A stretch of DNA of 64,000 bases from Nemertoderma westbladi (taxonomy: Eukaryota; Animalia; Xenacoelomorpha). The position numbers were made by a program, and so were the translations under genes. Below are positions 11,761 through 22,588 of this stretch, piece by piece; within the stretch, counting starts at the first letter, position 1, and the number at the start of each line of letters is the position of its first letter. The notes under the pieces were generated by a model, which saw nothing but the letters and a program-made list of their open reading frames with translations, searched no databases and was not told where the DNA came from. The DNA is taken from the NCBI GenBank assembly GCA_032718475.1, contig JAUCBJ010000055.1, positions 62,001 through 126,000 of the forward strand, read 5' to 3'.

Positions 11761-12604
11761 CCGCTCCATGAAAACAGGATATTATCGTGCATAAAATATA
11801 CGGTTTTCACCAATAATCAATCAAATTATAGAATACTTAGGGCGTACTTACATATTTACAAATTAAATTTCAAGCAATACTTCCTTTCTACATAATGATT
11901 CGATACAAAATAATTTCAAATTCAAACTTTACATATTTAAGGCTTTACTAAGTAAGTACAATATTTTGTTTATTTATGAATAGCTACATTATAATAATTT
12001 AATAATATAAACGTAAAAATTAAATAATTAAGTACAATATAAATCTAAATTAAATTCACCAATATAAATCTATTGCATCTCAATATTGCAAAATTCAAAT
12101 AATTACAAATACAAATAAATGAAAATCATAAGAAAGGCTCGCGAGTCTTCCATCTACTATTGCATCTCAACCATTGCATAAATTCAAATAATTACAAATA
12201 CTTTCGTGCCTAAATGTAGATTGCATAAGTTCGGAATAATTACAAATATGAGTCTTTCTAAGTACAAAACTTTCTAACTATAAAACTTTCTAAATACAAA
12301 TATAACACTTTACAAATGAAACTATAAGAAAGGCCCACGAGTCTTCCATCTACTCTTACTTTCTATTTCACTGTAAATACAAATACTGCTTATAAGATAT
12401 AAATTGCATAGTATTCGGAACAATATAAATTGCATAAGTTCGGAATAATCACAAATATAAAATATAAATCTTGCAAAATATAATTTCCTTCTAAATATAA
12501 ATCTTACTAAATATAAATTCCTTCTAAATATAAATCTTACTAAATATAAATCACAAATTCACAAGAAAGGCTCACGAGTCTTCCGTCCACCCTTGCCCTC
12601 CCTT

Positions 12605-13804
12605 TTATCGCTTAGTAGATCGAGCCCTGCCGCGTCCTCGAAAACTGCGCACAGGTGACTTTGCTCGCGATATGGGACTCGTGGGGCGAGTCACTGGTTT
12701 TGCTTGTACGTTGGGAGACGGTGCGACCGTTTCCTCACAAATTCGTCTATTTGGTATCCCAAAACCTCGACCGATTCCTCGTGACCGATCAGTTGTCACT
12801 ACAGTTGGTAAAACGTCTGGCAACGCGCGGAAAGCGGTCGACGCAGACCCAAGAGTAGCTTGCGCCCCCTTTTGATCAGCTGGTGTATGTCCCGATCCTC
12901 CTGTTGGTTCTCTAGGAAGCGATACCGTATCCCGAGTAATTCGAATGGTCGGCTCAACTCCCTTGCGTTCTTCTATATTAATAGACTTCTTTAATTGTTG
13001 GCTCACTTTCTGGACCCTTATGATCCTACCCTGTCCGTCCTCCCGAGGGTGACGTGCAGACGGCGCAACCGGAGTGGCTGGTATATTTGTCGCCTCTAGG
13101 ATCTCCTCTTCCTCAAATACGCTCGCTCGTATACGTTTGTGGTAAAACGCGGCTCGGTATGCCCATGCGACGGTTAACCAAGCTCCCTTATTCCGCTTTT
13201 CAGTTCGGAAACAATCAAATTCACCATACGTGATACGATTCACAACTTTCTGAAAATTCCACGTATTTTTATTGTCCGGGTGAATCTGTAACAGATACTC
13301 GCGCACCACTCTAAATCCACTATCGTGAGGCAAAATGTCGACTACCTCGATAAGTTCGTCATATTGGGGCATAGCGGAGATGTATCCTTCCGACATCATC
13401 GTTTGGGGATTTACCGCCCAAAATCCAAGATGCGCTCTCATCGGAAATCGTCTTCTTTGTGCCGATACGTGTTCGTCGGCTAAATCTTCCCACTCATCGA
13501 ATAGTTTTCTCACGAGTTTTACAGATTCGTGTTCATAAGGTATGTCTCTTAGTTGGCATTCAGATGCTCGATGCCCTTTTATATTGCAATAAGTACATTG
13601 AGCCATAAATCTCCAGCAATTATAAAAGGTATGAGACCCTTGATCTCCACACCATCCACAGATTAGTTGAGTCGTAGTAATGTGCTTTCCACTGCACTTG
13701 GTCAAATGATGTCCAGCGACGCCACATTTACCACACATTGTATTGGCAGGGTACCACACTCGTTCATATATAAGATCTCCAATTGGTCGAGCGCTTCCTC
13801 CCAC
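12605..13804 (-). CDS. Element D accessory ORF, C-terminal part: three CCHC zinc knuckles and a basic RG-rich tail
   Basis: CGKCGVAGHHLTKC, CGWCGDQGSHTFYNC, CTYCNIKGHRASEC. In frame with ORF 13859-16438 across a single TGA. Confidence 0.85.
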   Translation of the reverse strand: MGGSARPIGDLIYERVWYPANTMCGKCGVAGHHLTKCSGKHITTTQLICGWCGDQGSHTFYNCWRFMAQCTYCNIKGHRASECQLRDIPYEHESVKLVRKLFDEWEDLADEHVSAQRRRFPMRAHLGFWAVNPQTMMSEGYISAMPQYDELIEVVDILPHDSGFRVVREYLLQIHPDNKNTWNFQKVVNRITYGEFDCFRTEKRNKGAWLTVAWAYRAAFYHKRIRASVFEEEEILEATNIPATPVAPSARHPREDGQGRIIRVQKVSQQLKKSINIEERKGVEPTIRITRDTVSLPREPTGGSGHTPADQKGAQATLGSASTAFRALPDVLPTVVTTDRSRGIGRGFGIPNRRICEETVAPSPNVQAKPVTRPTSPISRAKSPVRSFRGRGRARSTKR

Positions 13805-13858
13805 ACTATAATCATAATCATCTGGATCTATGGGTTGGTAGGTTTCTGAAGGTTGTAT

Positions 13859-16438
13859 TCAAACTACAGCATCTGTTGCTTCAAGTTGTCGAATCTCCGT
13901 CTGAGATTTCTTCGGGAGGTTCCTTTCTATCTCAAGAAGTTCCTCTAAAGGATCGTCAGTGATCGTAGTCGTTACTTCGAAATCATCACCAAGGTGACCG
14001 ATAGGCGCGCGCGTCTGCCGTGATTCATCCATAACCTCCACGATACGTTCTCCTTCATAGGGTAACAATGTAAACATAGATGGTCTTTCGATAAGAGATC
14101 CCGCACAGCGAAGATACACGTCTCGAAATATACTAAATCCTGCTCGAGTAAAGGCATTACACTGAGCGTCGGAGTTGTAGAAGGGTTCAAGAAATCGTCT
14201 AAACACGTCGGTATGAATTCTCCCTTCCATGTAGAACATATGATCTTCTCCGAGACAAAGTGGATGTCTTTTAAGAGTCCGAGACACAATGTCGGCGATT
14301 AAGCAAACATTCACTGACGACTCTATTGCTAAATAATATTGTAGGACCGCTCTTGGAGGTGACGTAATAGCCCAATACACGCATCCTCTCCATTTGAGCT
14401 GTGATTCAAACTCACTCATATCTGGAGTATCACCTTCTCCATAAGTCTCAATATACTTGGCTCTCTTACTTTCCTTATAATCCCAATTGAATAACAGGTA
14501 GGAAATGTATCCAGTTCCGGTCTTCTGAGTATTATACTCACGAAAATATCCTTGTTCTATAGACCACAAGATAAGAGGTCGAGTGTCGACGTACGGTGTC
14601 GGTAGTCGGTCATCGCTGTCCGTCATGCCGGTGAAGTCGCTAATTAAGTCCTCTCTTACTCCTGATCCAATCTTTACAACAGTTTTATCTAAAATCATAT
14701 TTCTTACCATCTTCGGTAGCATTCTAGCATCGATATTACAAGCTTGGTCCATCTTCTTTACTATGTCAGTGATGAGATGGTGTCGCTTTGTATTTGCTGG
14801 AGGTATCGGCATTCGTTTGTCGCTCCTCTGTCTACTGAAAACGTGCAAGACTCCGTCCGCCGCTCTAATTTGTATAGTCTTAGAAGTCAAACTCTGTTGA
14901 TGACTGCCGCCCTCGTTATCGTAAAACATGTAACCGTTTTCCTGAAACGATCTAAACGTTCTATTCCATTCGTCCAACAATTCTTCCGAAGGTTGCCAAA
15001 TCTTCTCTATGTCCTTATCATCTTCGAAACGAATAACCTTACCTCGCCAATCCGCGGCAATATCTGTATCCGACTCGAAGGTTCCAGTTCCAATCCATAA
15101 ACGAATCGTTCTGGTTAAATATCCTTTCAAATTACTCGGAGCTATATCAGCACCAGCTCTATCCAGTTCCCTAAAGTCTTGAATATGAGGTGGAACGTTA
15201 TACACGACCTTTTGAGTAATATGTCTACGTAAATCATATATCTTACTCATATCGCTAAAAACAACTGCAGGAAGAAACTCCAAGTTTGAAATAATTTCTG
15301 GATGATCCACGATGGGTATTTCGTACGTCGTATCCTGTCGGACTGGTATACTAATAGGAAAATTGAGTGTCGTACTCAATGGTTTCGTAGTCGAAGTACT
15401 ATATGGTTGCATTTCTCTTTTCCTCTCCGGGGATGCAATCTGTAGTCTCTGAATAACATTTTGAGCAAAGTTTATGCTCTCGAAAACTTCCGGTGTCATC
15501 TCCTTAGCTGGAGTTTGATCGTGTGACGTCCAATGGTAAGGTAGGCTCGCGAGTCTTCCGCCCCATTCTTCCATCTCACCTTTCTCAAAAGCCTTGTAGG
15601 CTCTGTATAGGCTAAGAGCTTCTTTCTTTTCGCGGGTTGACTGATTCGCCTCGTCCAGCATAAGTTCAAATGCATCGGGTTCAACAACCTTAGGTGGGTA
15701 AACGACAGTTTCTCCCGCCTTTGGTCCAGTCATAGCAAACGAATGATATGGATTTGATAAAGGATACCCTCCTTCCTGGTAGCGTAGTCGTTGATGGTTC
15801 GAACACCTCGCCAATATCGGTTCGGGATTTTCCTTATTCAAACGCATTGGAATCGCATTTCGTTGTTCGCGCATACAAGAACCGCATTGATAATAAAGTT
15901 TATAAACTGAAAATGCTTCCTTTGTTTCTCTATCGTCCCCTCGAGTTCGTCTGTAAAGGTGCATTCCATCGAATTCATCTCGTACCGCAGGCATAGGTTC
16001 GTGCGCCTTCAGGTATTGCATGGTATGATACAAATGACTAATTTCAGTATCGGGGTCTTCGCTAATGTCTCCCGTATCACACAAAGCGTCGTACGGGTAA
16101 AGTTCATTGAAGGTTTTGCGCAAACTTTCGATTCTTTCATTTAATGCGTTTTGCCTCCTTTTTAATACATTTGAGTCATATTTAGTTCTCGCGAGTTTCG
16201 CAGTACTTTCTGATAATTCCTTTATACCAAATATAGTGTAGTCTTTGGCTCCAAATCTCTCGAATGGCGCTGCTGCTTCCTCTTGGATATCATATCCCCA
16301 TCTCGGCTCTCCATGTATCTCCTTCTCCATAATTAGAGGTGTAGTTACATAATCATTACTACTAGAGGGAATACAACAGAGTTTGTAGTTAGTTGTGAGG
16401 AGACGTGAGAGTTTTCGTCTGCCCTTTTGGCTCGACAA
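13859..16438 (-). CDS. Element D accessory ORF containing a DEDD(y)-type 3'-5' exonuclease domain (WRN/EXD/Mut-7-like); likely ATG at 16330
   Basis: ExoI-like YMFYDNEG (~14909-14935), TIQIR, ExoII-like LDKTVVKIGSGVREDL, YVDTRPL, TGTGYISYLLF, and a possible ExoIII QYYLAIE. The ORF is open for 859 aa. Confidence 0.72.
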   Translation of the reverse strand: MSSQKGRRKLSRLLTTNYKLCCIPSSSNDYVTTPLIMEKEIHGEPRWGYDIQEEAAAPFERFGAKDYTIFGIKELSESTAKLARTKYDSNVLKRRQNALNERIESLRKTFNELYPYDALCDTGDISEDPDTEISHLYHTMQYLKAHEPMPAVRDEFDGMHLYRRTRGDDRETKEAFSVYKLYYQCGSCMREQRNAIPMRLNKENPEPILARCSNHQRLRYQEGGYPLSNPYHSFAMTGPKAGETVVYPPKVVEPDAFELMLDEANQSTREKKEALSLYRAYKAFEKGEMEEWGGRLASLPYHWTSHDQTPAKEMTPEVFESINFAQNVIQRLQIASPERKREMQPYSTSTTKPLSTTLNFPISIPVRQDTTYEIPIVDHPEIISNLEFLPAVVFSDMSKIYDLRRHITQKVVYNVPPHIQDFRELDRAGADIAPSNLKGYLTRTIRLWIGTGTFESDTDIAADWRGKVIRFEDDKDIEKIWQPSEELLDEWNRTFRSFQENGYMFYDNEGGSHQQSLTSKTIQIRAADGVLHVFSRQRSDKRMPIPPANTKRHHLITDIVKKMDQACNIDARMLPKMVRNMILDKTVVKIGSGVREDLISDFTGMTDSDDRLPTPYVDTRPLILWSIEQGYFREYNTQKTGTGYISYLLFNWDYKESKRAKYIETYGEGDTPDMSEFESQLKWRGCVYWAITSPPRAVLQYYLAIESSVNVCLIADIVSRTLKRHPLCLGEDHMFYMEGRIHTDVFRRFLEPFYNSDAQCNAFTRAGFSIFRDVYLRCAGSLIERPSMFTLLPYEGERIVEVMDESRQTRAPIGHLGDDFEVTTTITDDPLEELLEIERNLPKKSQTEIRQLEATDAVV

Positions 16439-16990
16439 CGCTCTAACCTCCTACCCATAGCCTAAGATCTAGGGTTTCTTTAATGACACGCTGCTTCTTA
16501 TCTAAAATTTTTTGCCGAAATAAAAACGAATTTGGGCTAAACTGGCTGTGAGTCTAAAATACTCACCTTTTGATCCCAAACTATTATCAGAAAATAAGCA
16601 GTCAAGAGTTAGTAATAAATATAGGGAAGTCTATTTTGACGTAACTTATTGAAACAAGACCGTGTAAAATTTAATTAAAATTTTTAAGAAAGGCTCGCAA
16701 GTCTTCCTCTCTTGTTTCTCTAATTTTAAGTTCCACCCGACTGTACCCTGAAATCTATTCACTGTAGAAAATTTTAAAATTTTTCAAATCCAAATGGATT
16801 GTCTAAAATTTCGAAAATGTCTCAATATTGTGAGTTCCAAGTAGAATTCCATTTCTTATACCTACAAATCCCGCTCCTATGTGACACATAAGGGTACTAC
16901 CCTCAATGTTCACATATAAAGACAATGGAATTCTACCGCTGTCCTTACTACAGTGTACAGGTACGTGGAAATCTATTTGTAAACTCCTAA

Positions 16991-19900
16991 TTATTTACTA
17001 ATATTAGGTGGAGATTTGTAGTCTCCAGACTCGTTACGAGTCTCTTCAAGAAGTACGAGACGTTGAGTCGGTCTGTCTACTGTACGACCGTCAATTGTCC
17101 GTACCGTCACAGTTCTTGTCACTCCATCCATAGATGGATGTGTGGCTAAAATTACACCTGTTATCCAGAAGCGTCTTTTTAGATTCACTTCCGCTAACAG
17201 CACGTGATCTCCCGGCTTTAATGCGCGGGTGTTATTGTACCATGTTGTTCTGGCAGAAATAGAGGGCAAATAATGGTTTTGCCATATTTCCCAGAATTTG
17301 TTAGCTAGTATTTGTGTGATTTTCCACGCTTTTCTACCGTAGCTATCGCCTTCCATTGGAAAAGAAATAGGCGTCAAAGTAGTCGGTGCCTGCATAAGCA
17401 GGTGTGCCGGTGTCAAAGCAAACTGGGATTGTTTGTCATCGGGTACTAATACTATTGGTCTAGTATTTAGTATTGCCTCGATTTCAACAAACAGTGTTGT
17501 CAGTTGGTCGTCTGTCAAAATGTGGTTTACTGGAATGACCTTTGCCATTGCCGTTTTTATATATCTAATCAATCTCTCCCAGACTCCGCCTCTCCATGGA
17601 CTATCTGGAGGATTAAACTTCCAAACAATCTTGTAAGGACGTAGTTCGTTTGAGATTTGATCATGATCTAATTTCTTAAAGGCTCTAGCAATTTCATTTC
17701 GAGCACCAACAAAGTTTGTACCTTGGTCTGAGTACAAGCATTTCACTAGTCCGCGTCTAGCGATAAATCGCCGCAATGCTAGTATAAACGCGTTGGTGGA
17801 AAGATCCATCACACGTTCAATATGAACTGCCCTACTGGACATACATGTGAAAATCAGTCCCCAGCGTTTTACTAGTATACGTCCACGTTTCGTATGTATG
17901 GGACCAAAGCAATCAATTCCAGTCTCTGTAAAAGGTGGTCTGAATGCTTGAAGTCGTGCTTGTGGAAGTTCACTCATTTCTTGAGTGCCTATTCTAGAAT
18001 GTACCTTTTTACAAATAATACACGTACGTATCACTGAACTTAACGCTTTACTGGGTCTAATTAATACAAATCTTGTACGTAAGTAGGAAAGACAGTGGTG
18101 TCTTCCAGCGTGTTTCAGATGTAAATGTGTGTCCAGTATCATTGCACGTTGTAATTCGTGATGCTGCGGTATTATTATTGGGTATCTAAAGTTTGTGTTA
18201 AAGTCAATGTTTTGAAGCCGAGATTTATGACAAATTAAGCCATTATAAATTATCGGACTCCAACTCAATATTGGTGATGACTTGATTGGTTGACCTTGAT
18301 TTATAGATGTGAATTCGCGTGCGAAATATCGCAGTTGGTAATGGCGAATTAATTTAATTTCACACCTGTCAATCTCAGTCAATGTAAGTCGACGTGTAAA
18401 GTCTCGTTTGCCTTTAACGTATTGTACAAAACGTACAATCCACGCTAATTTTCGGCAAGCATTTGTCCAAGAATCTGTTAAGTTTACAATACGGTCGACG
18501 TAAGTATTTGTGACGTCATCAGGTAAGTCAATGGAGAATTTGGAAGGTTTTGATTTACTAGAAGGGCCCACGGGTCCGCCGGTAGGTATTCCCTTGTTGA
18601 CTGTTGATCCGTCCGGGTCTACAAGTAATTTGTCCTTCTTTGTTTTCTTACCTTGATTGTCAGTACTTTGTAAGTCGATCGTTAATGGTGGTTTGAACTC
18701 TATGGGGTCACTGGGTTTCGGTAAACTTATTTTTCTGCCGATATTAATCCCAGGTCTCACCATAGGTTGCAAGTTTGGTATGTCTCTTGAGCGCAAAGTA
18801 ACACCTGTATTTACATTTACGTAGGTACTACCCACATCTGTAATACATGAGGTTTCACTGTGCTTATGGTTACTCAAGTGTGTCAAATTTGGTAGTTTGT
18901 CAATACAAGGCCGCTCCAATAGGGAAACTGCTGCTTTACTATTTGTCAATAGGTTACTAGTACTAGTGTCTGGTAGAACATTTTGTGACATGTCTGGTAG
19001 AATGTTTCGCGGAACATCCGCCGAAATATCTAGTGACGTGTCTGGCTAAATGTCTGGTTGACCGTCTAGTAACGCGTCTGGTTGACCATCTGGCGATATG
19101 TCTGGTGTAGAAAGGGTCGCAAGTCTTCCGTTCTTGACCTTTGAAGTTATATCTTTCCATTTCGCCTTCGGTTTTTTCTTGAGTTTAGCCGCCGTCCTTT
19201 TCTTTGCTTTCCCTTTCTTTGGTTTTTTAATTTCGGCGTCTTTAGGGATAGCGTTAGACTTGTTGTCGTATAGTGGCGGCCAATGTTGTACTGATCTTTG
19301 CAAGAATTGTGGTCCGTGTTGCCAAAATTCTTTGTTTTCCGGTTTACAGAATTCCTCGGGCATCATTCCTCGCGACGCAATATCAGCTGGATTTTGTGGT
19401 CCGGGACAATGTCGCCAATCTTCCTTTATTGAACGGTCTAGAATTTCTGCGCGACGGTTAGCTACGAATGTCTTGAATTCAAGTGTGTCGTTGTTTATGT
19501 AAAATAAAACCAACGTCACGTCAGTCCAATAAAATATCTGTAAACTTGACTGTAGTTCCGTCTGTATAAGGTTCACGATTGTGGTTGACAGGGTTGCGGC
19601 TTGTAGCTCAGCGCGTGGTGTCGTCATATACTTAGTAGGCATGGTCTTAGCCTTAGAAGTAATGAGCGAAACATCAAACTCTTCTGAGTCTACTTGTCTG
19701 CGCAAGTACGCTGCCACACCAAAGCCGTTGTCACTGGTGTTGGAAAAACAATGTAATTCCAAGTTGTCAGGAAACGTCGTTTGTAATGGAAAGTACACTC
19801 TGGGTATGGAATAATCCTCTAGTGAAGATAATTGTGCCTCCCAGGTTTTCCATAAGTCCACTTGTTCTGATGAGATCGGCTCGTCCCATGTCAGTCCATC

Positions 19901-21967
19901 CTTCCAAATACTGCGCATATAAATTCTGGCTTGCAGTATTATTGGACTGATGAAACCTAATGGATCGAACAATCGACTCAATTTTGATAAGCAGGACCTC
20001 TTTGTCAGAGTGTTTTCTTGAGTGTCCAGTCTCACCTTCACTCGAAAGTTGTCCGTGTTTGGGTCCCAAAAGAGCCCCAACACCTTGGTCGTCGGTAGTG
20101 GTTCGAACTCTAGGTCAATGTCACCACCTCCACGCTCAGTCGTTCCGAATGAGTCTACCAATTCGGCACTGTTTGAGGCGAATTTGGTGAGGTTAAAACC
20201 TCCGCCCGCTAAGCAGTCCCGTAATTGATGTGCTACTGTTATAGCACGTTCTACTGTGTCACAACTCTGTAACCCGTCGTCTACGTAAAAGTCACGTTCT
20301 ACGATCTTGATTATCTCTGGGTCATATATATGTTTCTGATCCCTAGCGGCTTGCTTTAGGGCGTACATCGTACAGTTTGGGCTGTCCCTGGCACCGAAAA
20401 CGCGAACTTGCATTTGGTAAGTCGCCGGTGGTAGACTTAAGTCTCCTTCCGGGTACCAGAGGAACCTCAAACTGTCTCTGTCTCGCTCTAACGCTCGCAC
20501 TTGGTGAAACATAGCTTAGACGTCACAAGTAAAGGCTACTTGACGCTGACGGAAGCGCATAATCACCCCCATAAGATAATTATTCATGTTTGGTCCATCC
20601 ATTAACTCACTATTGAGGGACATTCCCTCAAATAGAGCCGCGCAGTCATTGACTACATGTACTTTGTCTGGTTTGTCGGGGTGTCTCACATAGTGATGTG
20701 GCAAGTAGTATGTCTGGTCAGTCACAATCTCTGGGTTAGTCATTCTGATAGCGTATCCCTTCGTTAAATACATCTCCATCTGAGTATTATACTGCAGATG
20801 GGCTTTCTCGTCCTTTAATAGACGTTGTCGTATTGAGTGTAAACGTCTTAAGGCTAGCGGATAGTTATTTATAAGTTTAGGACGTTGGTTACGCCATAGC
20901 ATCCCTACCTCATAATGTCCGTCTTTCGTCTGGCGGATAGTATCTTCCATGATCTTCAAAGATTGTTTCTCTTGTTCCGACATACATGGTTCGTAGCTAC
21001 CAGGTTCGGCTGTATCTTGTTCTAACCACCTGATAGTCTTCTCCGTTAGTTCTTTGTCCAGTGCAGCTTGTTCCACTTGATGATATCTTAACGCGTCGTC
21101 ATCGATATCGACGGGCATTGTTGAGGTTATTAGTGTAGATAGACTCGCAAGCCTTCCGGCGTTATCATCTGTTGTCGATGGAATCTCTGGCTGACTCGTC
21201 TTCTCCCCAAGTTCTAAACTCACCTGGTGGATTAGCTGCTCCTTGTGACTTATCATACTCGCTACACACGTCGTGTCATGTTTTGTCGAATGTAGTGTAG
21301 TATAGTCTACGTCGTGTGAAAAGGAATGAGTCGAAGTTGTAGTTAATAAACTACATGTACTTTGTATATCGTCTTCCTCGTCACTTATATCCAGTGTGCG
21401 CACAGGCGCTTGAGTATACCACCCTATCGGCGTTCTTCAGGCGTATGCGTTTCCCGCTACGACTGCCGATGGTCTGGTTTCCCACACTTGATGTAGGTTG
21501 AATTGATCTGTCCCGATCAGCATTGCTACCGACCTATAGTTGACAGGACATTCAGGTACACCAAGGTGTCTGAAGTACTTACGGTCCTCCAAGGATTGTT
21601 CTGGGACAGGACCTAGTAGGTTACTAAAGTCCTTTGTGGCCGCAAAGGTTAAATCTTTAAAGGGTAACAAAGACCTCTCCTTTTTGCTATGTTGCGATTT
21701 CGGAAGATGAGTGTCTAAGTTCAACTTAACTCGTGTTACTGGTATTGCACGTTGTCCATGCATACTACTTACGGTGTAACTGACGTTCTTACCTTGTCTA
21801 AGATCCGTGACGACATCAGCTACCTTCTCATCCACGTAACTATGAGATGAGGCTGAATCCAGGATAGCGTAGATCCTTTTGCTCCCTTTGGTGCCAGTAA
21901 TCTTGACAGGAATTATACTAAACCCCTTTAGTTGATCAGGCGTCAGAAGCGCAATCGATGGTTGTTC
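16991..21967 (-). pseudogene. pol: Element D pol (protease, RT, RNase H, integrase) with nonsense mutations at 21437 and 20516 and a frame break near 19000
   Basis: Protease AILDSAS; RT YYLPHH, MFHQV and FYVDD; Pao RNase H LHCFSNTS, TTPRAEL and QNPAD; integrase HAG..CIIC, GIDCFGP, SDQGTNF and GGVWERL. Confidence 0.95.
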
Positions 21968-21972
21968 GTCTC

Positions 21973-22516
21973 TGTTAGCTTATTCAATCCCGCTAACACC
22001 CCATAAAGTTATAAGCCGATAAGCAATATTGGGAGCCACGAGATTGGGTAATTAGCCAACTCGTGCCATCCCAATAAGAATGGGAAGGAAACACACAACG
22101 AGGGTCAGGGGCCAAACCCCTAACCCAGAGAGAATAGGTGGAGTGAACGGGAACACTCCAAAGGGCGCCAACAAGGGTATCAACCAATCAGAGGGGGAAA
22201 GGCATCGATTAGGTAGAGTAACAAGGCCAACCGTGCAATATAGCCACTTGGCAGTAATCATATCAATTCAGTTATCTCAGTGCAATACCGGTGCTAGATT
22301 AGGTTACATAGTTTAGCTAGGGAAGGACCGGGACTTTAGTTACCGTATCCCGCCTTCCGTATACGACAATATTATCTCATATCTATATCTATATCTATAT
22401 CTGCATACCCGAATATTATATACGACAAACAGCACAAACTCATTCACTCTTTATACACGGCGGGGACGCGTGAACTAACAACGGATAAACCGGGATCCCT
22501 CTTGGATCCCGTCACA
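21973..22516 (+). repeat. 5' LTR of element C
   Basis: Direct repeat of 30799-31343. Confidence 0.96.
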
Positions 22517-22588
22517 GTAACTAAACCAGAGCTGCCGCCCTAGCTAACTAGACTCAGCAACCACCAGCCACCAACCTGCAGAAGAGAG

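Noticed and set aside
13859-16438. env gene
   Set aside because: No signal peptide, transmembrane segment or evident fusion-protein features; exonuclease-like motifs are present instead.
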